Source: Podarcis cretensis (lineage: Eukaryota). From it: a stretch of 64,000 nt of DNA. Position 1 is the first letter of the stretch, and every line of letters starts with the position of its first letter. Where the stretch lies: assembly GCA_951804945.1 (NCBI GenBank), contig OX638153.1, positions 30,380,001-30,444,000 of the forward strand. The letters run 5' to 3'. The notes beneath the pieces were generated by a model, which worked only from the letters and a program-made list of their open reading frames with translations, was not told the DNA's origin and did not search any database. Below are positions 1 to 12,544 of the stretch, one piece after another. The position numbers and the translations under genes are program-made.

Positions 1-166
1 TTTTCTGCCCACAAACAATGTGGTGACAACTCTTAGGCAGAGCTGTGTTTTGGACTATATGTGGGAAGGACACCACTTTTGAAAACACTTGTATATGTAT
101 TTTACAATCCCTGTAAGTAGGAAATTGGTGCCGCAAGGGTTGGGCTAGAACTGTTATCCTGTTTCA

Positions 167-195
167 TTTGTTTGTTTGTTTGTTTGTTTGTTTTG
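167..195. repeat. (TTTG)n microsatellite
   Basis: Tandem tttg units read directly. Confidence 0.9.
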
Positions 196-637
196 TTATC
201 TGAAGTAGTACAGTGCCTCTGGAAGATTCTGCTACCACTTTTTCTGCTGCATGTGCAGAACAATCAAGGCTTCTGATAGGAGGGACTGGGACAAACAGCA
301 TAATGAGAGTTTTTGATCTAAAAATATGGGACTTTTTGCTTTTACAACCATTAATTGGTGGTTTGCGCAATTGTTTTGACAAAGCTGTGCCATTGGTAAG
401 GGTTGTGGCTAAGTGGCAGGTAGAGCAGTTTCCAGGTTCAAACCTCGGCATCTCCAGCTAGGGCTTGGGATGTCCCCCTTTCCAACTTTCCCCTGCTCTT
501 CATCCATCACAATGATTGGCATTTCATTTCACTAACATACACTGAATAACCAATGTTTGAAACCAAAACATAGTTTGTTATATAAATGGTGGGGCGGGTG
601 GGGCGTGTGGTAAAAGAAGTGACATTCTAGGCAGTAC

Positions 638-1452
638 CGCAATGACCGGTCCCCACTTAAAACGGGGGGCGCCCTTTGCGTGGATGCGCGCAGCCCTAGA
701 TCTGGAGCGGCCCCATCAGCATAGGCTTGGCTTTTCCTTCCCTCAGGTGGGATACCTGGAGGTCTCCGCCTACCTCAGTCAGTTGTCCAATCCCACCTGG
801 GGGAAGCGTTGCCAAAGAGCCCAGGCCAGGTAGGGGAGGGATTACCTGCCCACACAATAGAGGGAGGATCTTACCTGGGAATCATCACTTGGCTCCAGAG
901 CTTCTCCCACCCTACCCACCCTCAGTTAATGTCTTCTGTTGCAGGTTAACTTTTCTTCACAGGTATGCGGGCGCTGCTACGTTAAGGTCGCTGTTAAAGG
1001 GCTGGAAAGGAATTTACCTGCATTGGCAGGTTTCGCCTTTCCCGTAGCAAAACGTCACAACTTTGGCGGTATCAGGCCTTGGGCGGAATGCTTTAGTCCA
1101 TCTTCCGGGTTCCCCATTAACGGGGTTTTTGAAGGGAGGCTTTGACCGTACGCCAAAAGGTCGTCATTGCTCTCCCCTGCGGCGGCGGCGTAACGGGGGC
1201 GGCTATCTCTGCTTGAACATATGTTCTCCAGAGCCGGCCCATCCCCCCCCCACTGGATAACCCTGAAGCTCCCTAGGTCCCCGGCTGGGGACTGGGGAGG
1301 GAGAACGCCCAATGCCTGAGCCAAGGTCTACCCACATTTTAAATTTAATAAAGTTGTGGCCAATTTAATCCCCATAGCACGTTGTCTTGAGTCGTTATTC
1401 CACATGACGGGGGGGACCGCTCAGGATCTGGGGACTCCGCCTGTCCACGCAA
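638..1452 (+). mobile_element. Non-coding ~815 bp GC-rich interspersed element, copy A (possible DIRS/Ngaro-derived terminal repeat or non-autonomous element)
   Basis: Collinear with the reverse complement of 24134-24944. CGCAA at both ends (638-642, 1448-1452). AATAAAGTTGTGGCC near the 3' end. No TG...CA termini. The family assignment is inference. Confidence 0.75.
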
Positions 1453-1873
1453 AAATATTACTATGCTCAACAACCATAGATACACACTTCCTCCTGACCA
1501 AATCATAGAAATTATGTTCCCTAGACCAGCAGTTTGTTTTCTTTTTAAAATTTCTATTGGTTTATCTGTCCATTTCTTTAGGAATTTACATACCATCTTT
1601 CACCATGAGGTCACAGGATGACGTACAACGCATTAAAACACATCAATAGATATTCTAAAAGCTATTAAAACAGAAATACAAGACAAGCGCAGCATAAACT
1701 AAGAAAGAAAGCATAAAATTTCTATATCACTATGCACAAGGTGGTTTTTGCTATGAATTGCAGAGGAAAATCAAGAATGGTGGTTAAGCTTCCTTTGTTT
1801 ACCATTAGTGAAAGACCCATGATAATCTTGCAAGGAACAACATGGTTCTATGGCACATGACTGAGAAAACCTT

Positions 1874-1985
1874 TTGTTGTTGGACTACAACTCCCACCAT
1901 CCCTGACAACTGACTGGTCTTGCTAGTTAGGGATGTTGAGAGTTGTAGTCCAACAACAGTTGGGGACCCAAGTTTGAGAAACACT
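1874..1985. mobile_element. Palindromic MITE, partial
   Basis: Inverted arms tggactacaactccca...gagagttgtagtcca; same family as 20378-20512. Confidence 0.7.
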
Positions 1986-2327
1986 AGATTCATGGAAAAA
2001 GTGTATTCTATTAGATTGATCAAGATGCAGTTGCACTTGCTTTGCTGGAGTTAACCAGAGCAGGTGAGAAGAGAATGATACACGGTAATGGGCCCTTTCT
2101 GCTTTGTTCTCTGTGAGTGCCAAAGGAAAGATTGACAAGCAAGTATGGAGGAGAGAGGCATGAGGGAGTTGCTGAGGCAAGATAAAGTGGAAAAGAAATA
2201 CAGGCAATTCTGGTAAGAGACAGGGAGAGGAATGGAGAAAGCAAGGATAGGAGACTATCATATAGGATGACAAGAGAGATGGATAGCAGAATGGAACCAG
2301 GAAAGAAAACAGTATAGAATGACTCAC

Positions 2328-2460
2328 CCCCCAAGCAGAGCATTAAGTCCCTACTCTTTTTCACGTTGTCAGTACTTCTACCGTCACATTCTCATGAACA
2401 AGTTACAGTGGCTCCTAATGAGTTTTACAGCTGCAAGGTTCACATCATTCAACAACAACA
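2328..2460 (-). other. Candidate alternative first exon (short ORF start MLCLG, phase-1 donor)
   Basis: Minus-strand donor GGG|GTGAGT at 2328/2327, ATG CTC TGC TTG GGG G just before it, and TTAAAA about 25 nt upstream of the guessed start. The 5' limit is a guess. Confidence 0.3.
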
Positions 2461-2844
2461 CAGAATAAAGCACAGTGTGGTTTTTAAGGGAGGCGGAGGG
2501 AAGCAAATGCACTGAATTAATGCAGCAGCTCAGCTTTAACTTGGTTTCTTTCCTCCTTATTTTGCAAGCACGGGGCATTTTAGAAAGTTAAGCACACTTG
2601 GGCTTCCTTGATCTCAGCAGAAAAGTAAAGCATTTGCTTAACAGTCATTAAATCTGGTGGCTGATCCATCCTTATCTTTGGCTGAATTCTGCCCCATAGC
2701 AGTAAATGCAAAGGACGTTGTCCTTTTCAAGCCATGTGAATGGATTTCTGTGCTTCATACATTGTGTCTATATGGGACTTTGATGCATCCTTATTCAATG
2801 ATGAATGCCATAGTAAAAGTAGGTGGAGAGAATGGGCTCCTGTA

Positions 2845-3075
2845 ACTCTAGAACTAGGGTCACCCAATAGAGTCAAGACAGACAATAGAAAGTATTTTTT
2901 CACATGAAGCCTAATTAACTAATGGCATTTCCTGTTGGCACTGCACACTGTGTGGCAATGGCCATCAACTTAGCTGCTTTCAAAATGAGAATAGACAAAT
3001 TAATGGAGGAGAGGCCTTTCTGTGGCTATTAGCCAGAAAAACTAAGTGAAACATCATTATTCAGAGGCAGTACAC
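2845..3075 (+). mobile_element. Degenerate CR1 LINE 3' fragment
   Basis: Motifs ctagaactagggtcaccc, aagtattttttcaca and gaatagacaaattaatggagga typical of squamate CR1 3' ends; boundaries approximate. Confidence 0.55.
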
Positions 3076-3121
3076 CACTGGTGGGGGCATAAGCTGGGAA
3101 GGGATATTATTATGTGGATTA

Positions 3122-3705
3122 GGGCCCTTGTATTTCTGGAACCGCCTCTCCTGGTATGCCCCGCAGAGGACCTTAAGGTCCATGAATAATCATAGTTTAG
3201 AGGTCCTGGGCCCTAAGGAAGTTAGATTATCCTCCACCAGGGCCAGGGCCTTCTCAGTGATGGCTCCGACCTGGTGGAATGCTCTGTCCAATGAGACCAG
3301 GGCCCTGCAGGATTTAACTTCCTTCCGCAGGGCCTGTGAGACAGAACTATTCCACCTAGCTTTCAATTTGAACTTAGCCTGATCTTTTATTCCCCTTCCT
3401 TCCCTCCTTCTCCCTTTTTATGAAGATTACCCACTCTGGGATCCCACAGCTAATTCTCCCCTGGTCTCCTCGCTGGCCCAAATAGGACTAATTTAGCCAG
3501 CTAGCCCTGATGATCATCTAATGTTTATTGGATGGATTTCCCCCCTAAATTGATTTTTGATTTTATTGTTATTCATGTTTTATACTGTATTTTATGCTGT
3601 TTTTTGTAGCATCGATTAAGTGTTTTAAATTTGTTGTTAGCTGCCCCTGAGCCCAGTTTTCTGAACTGGGGAGGGCGGGGTTTAAATAAAAAATTATTAT
3701 TATTA
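3122..3705 (+). mobile_element. L2-clade LINE 3' fragment
   Basis: ORF 3128-3382 contains RAFSVMAPTWWNALS...FRRACETELF, typical of an L2 ORF2 C-terminus; ends in AATAAA plus a (TTA)n tail. Confidence 0.8.
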
Positions 3706-3755
3706 AAATTTCTATACTGCCATTCATTCGAAGAACACAAACACAAAACTGCGTA

Positions 3756-3997
3756 CAGTGGTACCTCTGGTTATGTACTTAATTCATTCCGGAGGTCTGT
3801 TCTTAACCTGAAACTGCTCTTAACCTGAAGCACCACTTTAGCTAATGGGGCCTCCTGCTGTCACCACACCGCCGGGGCATGATTTCTGTTCTCATCCTGA
3901 AGCAAAGTTCTTAACCTGAAGCACTATTTCTGGGTTAGTGGAGTCTGTAACCTGAAGCGTATGTAACCTGAAGCGTATGTAACCCGAGGTACCACTG
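3756..3997. mobile_element. Tc1/mariner-pogo (Tigger-like) MITE
   Basis: TIRs CAGTGGTACCTC / GAGGTACCACTG with TA on both sides; internal taacctgaag repeats. Confidence 0.9.
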
Positions 3998-6900
3998 TAC
4001 TTCAATAACAAACAAAAACAATATTGTTTGTTTCCTTCATATCCTGCTATAGGCATCCTGAAAACCTCTGGGTTAACCACTGTGGGAAAAGAATGCAGTA
4101 CTAAATGGAAATTTGCTCTGATCCAGGAAGGTTCTTCTATCCCTTTTCTTGTTTTTTAATGACTGATCCTAATTACATTGATCACAGCTAAGGGGGTCAG
4201 GTGCAGAAGAACAACAGGGTTGCTCCACCTTTAAGAAGTTAGGAAAAGAGAGGATTTGAACAGGTGTAGCTTGTAACTCTGTCTTCTATACAACCATCAA
4301 AGGTGCAGGAACCCTGTCCTCTTTTGCTTCTGGCTGTTCCACGTGTCTTAGATCGTGGTATTTATTTTCAGGTGGACCTCACAAAGTGGTTTGCATATGA
4401 TTATGACAACAATAAGCATTGGGGGCACAGGGAGAGGTTATAAGAACATGACAAAGACAACCGTTTGTTTAGAGGATGTGGTAACTGCTTCTTCTCTACT
4501 CCCAGCAAGGTTAGATGATTCTGTAGGTGATGACATTTTGGGGAGGAAAGGCCATCACTGGGAGCTGGTTTGCTGGATGTAAGATCAATTGGGTTTCATG
4601 GGAGTTGTTTCCTGGTAAGTACACTCCAGAGTGTGGCCTAATGCTGCAATTCCATTTCCTTTATTGGTAACAAACCTCACTATACTCAGTGGAACTTCCG
4701 CATGTGTAAAACACAGATAGGATCAGGCTGCATATTTGACTAAATTCAAGACAACTCAATAACACTTAACTAAAGGCTAAAGATGGCCTGAAGTCAAGAT
4801 GTATAAAGAGGTTCTTTCTGTGTCTGATACTAAACAGCTGGGCCTGACAAGTACCCCAATGGAGCCCTGCATATGCCGCTAGATACTCTGAAGAAAGGGT
4901 GATGCATTTCAAATCATCACATAATAGTATGCTTTTCTCAAAATATGATCAATGTATAGAGGTTTTGACGGACTGGTTTCTTTGTAAAGCATTACTTGGA
5001 TCACTGTGTAAATTTGATTTTAATATTCTTAGCTGCGGAAGGACCTCCTGCCACGTATGAACCTAAGACACTGAAAGCCAATTAAAATATGATCCATGCA
5101 TATTGTCTAACACTCAGAAGAGAGGGGGGGATGAAGGACTTGTGAATGGGATGCATACTTTGAGCATGGGTATATCCAGATGCAATTATCAGTTGAGACA
5201 TGCTATAGTTTTTTCCTGCCTGTTGACGCACTATTGACAGATACCCTGGCAAAAATGATCAGATCCTGATTTGTTCAGAAAGATTGCACTAACAAGAACT
5301 TTTGAACACCCAGAAGCTTAGCATTCAGCAGCTGAATGCTAATTTGAGGTAACCACCCTTCTCGGTTGCTGTTTGTCAGCATTGATGTGTCTTCCTCTCT
5401 CTATATGTGGAGGCCCAGGGCAAGTGCCCTTAAATGCTCCCTCCCCCACAGGTTCTGTTCCTTAAGTACTACTAGTGACAGTGAGCAGCAAGCAATGGCA
5501 TGAGGTTTTCTGCCAACTGTGTTTCCCTGACAAATGTGTTTGTAGACTGAGAATGATGTAGATGGTACAGAGAGTACCCTGGCTGCAAGGCGAAATTCTT
5601 CAGCATTTATGGGGCAAAAAAACAAAACAGTGGCATTTTAGGCATAGGCAAAGCTTTCAAAGAGAAAAAGCAACTTTCTCCCATAGCAGGTCACACTAGT
5701 GGCTCTGACTTCTAAAAGTTGACTTTATTATCACTTTGCATCTGTGCTTGTTGGACAAAGGCAACCTGGGCATGTATAAGTCATCCAATAATCCATTTGT
5801 TGTTTTTAGAGTTGTTGGAGAAGTTTTAGGAGCTGCATAGTGGGAGGGGCAATAGAACATTGTCTTCAGTTATGAATAGAGACCTAACTTTATGCTGAAA
5901 GAAACCCACAATATACCAGTACATTTGTGCTTTGGATTTAAAATCGATCATCTTGAAGAATACAGAAGACAGTGGTCTCAAGAGATTATTTTAGTTCTTT
6001 GGTGATCCAGTAGTCTGTAATGGTCTCATCTCTGCTCTGATATCCCTGTACATTCCCAACCATGCCCTTCCCTCTGCTCCCTCAAAAGACACCACTCTTT
6101 ATCCCTTTCTGCACTATATACTTGGAGCTGCTTACCAGAATACCTGTGTGATACCACCTTACTTCCTTTAAATTCCTCCTTAAGACCTACCTTTTCTGTG
6201 AGGTCTTTGGGTCAGGCCCCCAATTCTCATGCCCTACTGCAACTAAGCCTGTAACAAAGGCTAAGCACAGGTATGTGAAACATTCACATATCGCTCCTGC
6301 CTCCACTTCTCTCCCAGCCCTCTGCTGTTTCCCCTGTGTCAAACTTTGATTGTAAGCTCTCCATGATGTGCATCTGCCTTTTATATTCTATAAAGTGCTA
6401 TGCACAGGCTACCTAAAACTAGCTTTCAAAGCATAGCTTTTGTCATTTCCATTTTGCTTGAAGGGCAGTCTGAAAACTTACGTACTAAATAAGTTGTTTT
6501 GATTATCACATCATTTTCCTTGGTGGAAACCCACAATTTTTTTGAAGATAGGGGTTTGTAGCTTTTCTCTGTGCGAGTACAGAAATGGTCTTTCCATGTC
6601 TTCCAATTTACATTCCAATATATTAAGCTTCCTAAGACAGTTCTAGCCCTATGACCACCATTCTTCAATTGTCTTTAGCAGTCCAGGGTCACTTCTGAAC
6701 AGCTAGTATATTGAACATTTGTCTCTACTTATTTGCACAAAATTTGTGGGGCAGAGAGGCAAGGTCAGTTATTTATTGAGCATTCATTCTGATGTACAGT
6801 ACTTGCAGGGAGATTACACAATGTTGTATCAAGCAGTCATTATCCTACACTTCCCAGTGCCTTTTCTTGTCACTCGCCTTATTGCAAAAAGTCTGGTTTT

Positions 6901-9014
6901 GAGTAGAAGCTGGTTTGTTGTGCAAGAGCACCAAATCAACTTTAATTGCACAAGCTGAATTTACCAGTATGTGATTGTATCCTACCCCAAAATGACAACC
7001 ATCTGGTAATGCCCTAGGTCAGAAGGTGCATATTTCCCAAGTTATTGGAATAGTATGGGAAGTAACAGTCTTTTCTGATAACAAAAAGAACCAGAAAATG
7101 CTGCATTTCTTTCTTGAGAGCCGAAATAACCTTCTCATTTCTTCTGCCACCTTTGAGTTGCAACAATACTTGGCCACAGCCAAAAAGCGAAAACAATGCC
7201 ACTTTTTTCGTATCCCAACTGCCCTCCCCTTTTTGACTGCCATTCTCTTTGCATTTGCCATATTCTGGTGCTATAAACAGTACATCAAAGAGCTGTGTTC
7301 TAAGCCTGAAGCATTAGCTTTCACTTGTTAGAGGACAAGTTGTCACAGAGACCTTCTGACCATGCAAATCATGTCACATGGGCTCATCCCTGAACTTGCC
7401 AGAAGGAATGACATATGGTACCCTACAAGTTCCTAATGGAGCAATCTTACTGAGATGGCAAACGCCTGTGGTAAGATCCTTAAATTAACACTTGGATGTA
7501 TAAAAGGAGGCAATTAGGTCTTCAAAGACCAGGTTACATATCAAACTAAAGGATATGGATGTCCTATTTATGGCCCTAGCTGAAACTTAATACGCACAGT
7601 TGAGAAGATCCAAGATACAGAATTAGAATCTCTCACTGGTTTTGAGGTAAACATCAAGGATGAAGAGTGGAACATTTCCAGAACAGAGGTTCATATGCAT
7701 CCAAATTTTTGTTAAAGGGAAGACACACAGTTACATAGTATTTATTGGGAACTCCATGGTTTCAACTAGAAAACCTCACAGGCTGAGACCTAGCCTAGTA
7801 AGTTATTGTTTATGCTCAGCCATCAGAGTCTTAAGGCAATGAAGGGACTAGGTGTGTGCAGCTTCAGACCCTCTGGTTGGAAGTATAACATCTCTGGATT
7901 GACCAGCCCAGTATAAATACTAGTAGCCTAGTTGTTTTCCCATGCCAAGTTAATAAAGCAGTACCAGCCTGCAGATCAGACCCCATTAAATTAATTGAGT
8001 TCAAGCCCCTGGGTTGGACAACTCACCCTTCAAGCCTAAATTTGAATATTGTTTCTTATAGCCCTAATGTGACCCTGATAATATGTTAGGTACAACTATC
8101 TGAAAATACAGACTTGTGAAGGTTGAGGGAGAAGGAATGGCATATCTATATTATAAATTGAAATTTAATAAAATAAATAAATAAAACAAAGCCGGGGGGG
8201 GGGGGTTATATAAAAAAAAATTGTATGTAAACTTTCTGAATTTTGGCTTCAAATCTATTTGAAGCCCTAAACATTTTCCCTTAGAAGTAAGTCCCACTGG
8301 ATTCAGTTATACCTAATTTCTAGCAGAAATATGCTAGGGATTGCAGGTTTATGGCCTGATCCTAAACATACTTGGAAGTAAGCCCTATTGAATTCAATGA
8401 GACTTTCTCCCGAGTAACTCTGCATTGGACTATAGCCAGATTAATAAATGATCTGATAACACAGCCGTTCCTTCTGAATCTGAAGTGGTTAAGTTTGTGT
8501 GTGTTGCTGAGCATCTCAGTACAGTACTTAGGAAATTCAGGTCACCATATACTGAGTCTTAAAAACAGATCAAGGAGGCTAAAGATAGGTTCCTATTTCT
8601 GACAGTGTTGGTTCCTCTTATCAGGTACATGGCTAAGAAAAGGTGAACATGATACATGGTGGATTTGAAGCAAAGCTCCTTACTTAGTTGCAATAGTGTG
8701 CCATTGCATTGGCCGTGGCACATGAATCTGATGCAGTTTTCTAAATGTTCTAGGAAGCTGCCTTATACTGAGTCGGATCCATGGTCTGTCTAGCTCCGTA
8801 TTGTCTATACTGGTTGGCACTGTATAACTTTATCTGCTAAGAGATTGTTGTAATTAAGCGGTATATAAATTGTCAAAATAAATAAATAATGTAGAGGAGA
8901 ACTAGCAACACTTGATGGAGCAGATTTATTACTGAGGGTTGGTGTATGTGTATGCAGCTGTCAGAAATTAGTCTTCTCTATTAAAGACTATAATATTTGC
9001 AGGTAGATACTCAC

Positions 9015-9046
9015 CCCACCTCAACTGCAATCTGCATTTATGGTGA
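9015..9046 (-). other. Candidate 32-nt internal exon
   Basis: Minus-strand acceptor ccctgtcttaccctcag and donor GGG|GTGAGT; only one frame is open end to end (HHKCRLQLRW). Confidence 0.25.
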
Positions 9047-9885
9047 CTGAGGGTAAGACAGGGGTAGGGCTTAAGGGAAGTGATGTGGTAGTTGAATATG
9101 TGTAAACATTAGTGATCACATAGGATTGGGATGTCTTATTACATGGAGAACGTTTTTGCCTGACATTCCCATGGTGGCTACTGTATTTAGAAGAGTGCTC
9201 CCAAACCTAAATTGTTGTGTCTGCCACATGGAATTTTCCCTGCGTGGGTAATTGCCCCTTTCTGCAGCAATCCAGCCCCTCAGCAAGGAATCACATTTAG
9301 AAATTCTGTCAAATTTGCTCTGCCTGCTTTCAGTCAAGCGGATGTTGAGATTAAATTTGAAGGCAATTGTCTGTCTTTGATCAGAGACCAGATGTCTTTT
9401 CCTCGCTACACTTCTGGGCTGAATTCCTTTCAAAAGCTGTTTTCTAACATGCACAAGTCTTGGGTTTCATTATTATTAATGTAGCTTTCCCCTCCTGCCT
9501 TCACTTTATAGAGATTACAGTTCAACATGCCAAGACATCGGGAAGCTAGAGACATCCACCAGCGATGCAACTGTCCAGCAGGTAGGAACTCCATATTGTG
9601 GTGGTGGTGGTTATGACGGCTTTTATATAGTTATGGAGTATCATTTGAGTCTTTATGGGCATGCAAGGAGAGGGCAACTTTGATCAAAAGCGAAAGGCAA
9701 GCCCTTGCGTTCATTGAAGGTTGTGTGAAAGCCAGCATTGTTTTGGAATATTTGTTTATTCTCTGATTATTTTCTATTTGTCCCCTTTGATCTTTGATTA
9801 CTTTATTTGTTTTCAAATATTTATCCCCTGTTCCTCAACTAACAATTAAAACCAGCATTCTGGTAGTGTTCATGCTTGCAGTGTT

Positions 9886-10172
9886 CAAGGGCGTAGCTTG
9901 CTGCTCCGGCACCCAGGGCCACATGGGGGTGCTGCGATCCGCGCACCGGGGCGCCGCAGCGAGCTGCCCACAGAGTCCGACATAAGCCCCATCCTGCCGT
10001 TTCGGGCCGTGTGGGGCCCTGAGCCACCGCGTCAGTCCCAGGAGAGACGTGTGGCTCGGGTTTGCTGCATGCCAGGCCCCGCGGTAAGTGCCACCCCCCA
10101 CGGTGTGCCATTTTGTCACCCCCCCCAAGGATGACACCCGGGGTGAACTGCACCCCCCACCCTACACCCCTG
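9886..10172. mobile_element. hAT-type MITE
   Basis: 8-bp TSD GCAGTGTT (9878-9885, 10173-10180); imperfect TIR caagggcgtag / ctacacccctg; GC-rich interior. Confidence 0.85.
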
Positions 10173-10634
10173 GCAGTGTTCTCCTCTCTTCAAACCCTAC
10201 CTCTGTTAATGCCACAGACTGATGTACCGTGATGTCATAATCTCTTGGGAAGGCAAATACGTCACAGCCATTCTAATTTGCATTGATTTAGCTACTCTGA
10301 TGACAAATTAAAACTGGGTAGTAATAGGCCAAGGCATCTGAATGTTTAGAGGATCTGAAGACTTACAAACTTTGAATTCTAAGGTCAACAAGCAACATGT
10401 GTTTAATTATATTATTTAAGGGATAGAGGGGAAATTTATTTAGTCCACATTTTAAAGCAAACTGGCTTAATTCGCAGTTCTGGATTTCTATAGGGATTGG
10501 ACCTTAGTTAGCAATTGAGTTGTGTATTTCTCTGGATTTTGTGATGCACTTTCAGTTCAAACATGCACATTTTAGAGGGGAATCCATAAAAATTGCACAA
10601 AATGCATACTTAGGAGGAAAGTACATGCAAAAAT

Positions 10635-10927
10635 TGTTAAGTTGTGGGCGAACATATCAGACGACACAGCAATTCTTCCAAAGCAGCTTTTTATTCGTAA
10701 GCTGGAACAGAACTGGCTGAGGAGCTCAGTCAGCCTGCTTATATAGAGCTCCAGAACAATGTAACTGTTGCTATTTTCTAAAAACTATCCAATCACTGAA
10801 CATCACTTTCGATCCTTCATTTGCAAACAAACTATCCAATCATTGAACGTCACTTTCGTTCCTTCATTTGCATAACTATCTACAGTATCCCCCTGCTGGC
10901 CCAGGGTGAGAACTTCAGTACATAATA
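10635..10927 (-). mobile_element. Solo LTR (~293 bp)
   Basis: Minus strand reads TATTATG...TTAACA (a decayed TG...CA). 5-bp TSD AAAAT (10630-10634, 10928-10932). TATATAA at ~10739-10745 followed by AATAAA at 10690-10695. Confidence 0.8.
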
Positions 10928-12510
10928 AAAATGTGTGTAATTTTGATGTAAAGTTTTCATATGGTTAAAAAAAAAACTTCACGGAAAATGGGACGGAATG
11001 AATTTAAGATTTAATGTATGCAAAACTGAGTGTTCATCTAGGTAGTTCCGTTCATCCCTATTTTATATAAACATTGCCTACAAACCATGTTTGTTCAAGA
11101 TGCTGGAATAGTTCCAAGTATTTTTTTAAAAAAATAATTAATTAATTAATTAATAAAAACAAAACACACTGGTAGAAATATCTAGCCATATGTCAAATAT
11201 ATAAGTGCTTGAAAAGGCAAACCAACCTGTGCTTGAATGGCATTTTAGATTGGCCATCTTGATCGGGGTTTGCATTGGACCCATACACCACCTCTAGCAC
11301 TCCCTGCCATTCTCCCTTCTCCAATGAAAAAAAACACATTCCTTTGGGGAAAGGGAGGAGAGTAGCAGGTTGTGGAATGGTTTCATCTACACAGGAGAGT
11401 CTCTCCTCATCAGCAAATGACACATGGGATGTCTTTTCCTACTGGGCATCATGGAGTTTGACTGTATATTGCCTCTTATTAGCTACAAATGATGTGTGTG
11501 TGGGGGGGGTTCATTTTCTCCCAGAAATTGTTACGCTTAAAATCAACCCCTATGATCTCCAACTGGAAAAAGTGTTCCACATGTCAGTCCCTCTGCTGTC
11601 AACTATCCATCCATCTTCTCTAAGCCAAGGCTTTTCCTTGGGAAAGGAGGAGAAGTAGCAGTGAAGGGGATTGGCTGTAGCAGTGGTTTTGAATGTTCAT
11701 ATTGACATCCCAAAAGCCCTTTGATGGGAATTAACATTTGAAAATCTTCATTTTTCAAGGAAATCAGGAGGGGGAGTACAGGTCTCCTCTGTAGAGACTT
11801 GCTCATGAAATGTTTTAATAAAACATATTTTAATGAGTGGGACTGCTAGCTCAGGACATTGAGACTGCTTTGAATCAAAGTAATGTATACCTTTGGAATG
11901 TAAGCACAATTTTAGAAGGATTCAGTATGTTAAGGCAATGATTTAGAATGACATCCTTTAGCTACTCCTGCTTTTGATAATAATGATGACGATGTCAGGG
12001 CTGCAAGGTGATCAATGCCAGCAATATAAAATGTGGCTGTTAAAGCCAACATATTTGGTATTAATGTGTTTTTTCTAATTTATACCACTGGACACAGCTG
12101 TAGAAAAGCTATGAACACTGCAGTCCTATTCAAAATGTCCTATTCAAAATGTAACATCATGCATTTTTCTAATTTCTAATAGTGCAATCCTACACATGTC
12201 TACTCAGAAGTAAGCACCATGGAATTCACTGGGCTAGTGGGAATTATGAATGGCCATGCAGAACTGTTGATAATCTCACACATGTGGTAAATGTGGAAAG
12301 TAATGGAATTATACTAGTGAATTTCTGCAGTTGTCAGAGTACAGTTGTCATCAAAATTTTGCCTAAAGCAAAATTCAAAGCAGTTTTGACGGTGCTTTCT
12401 CAAGTGAAACATCTGAGGAATTTGAAGGGAAGCCAGAAGAGTTTCAATGATACGAGCAACATTTGTTAAGTTAAATTTACACAAGCCTATGTAAGAATGA
12501 GTCAGCAAAT

Positions 12511-12512
<2 letters not shown>

Positions 12513-12542
<30 letters not shown>
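12513..12542. repeat. (GT)n microsatellite
   Basis: Read directly. Confidence 0.95.

Positions 12543-12544
<2 letters not shown>

Noticed and set aside
7327-8019. Possible LTR (TGTTAG start, TATAAAA, AATAAA, ...GGACA)
   Set aside because: No matching TSD and no second copy in the window.
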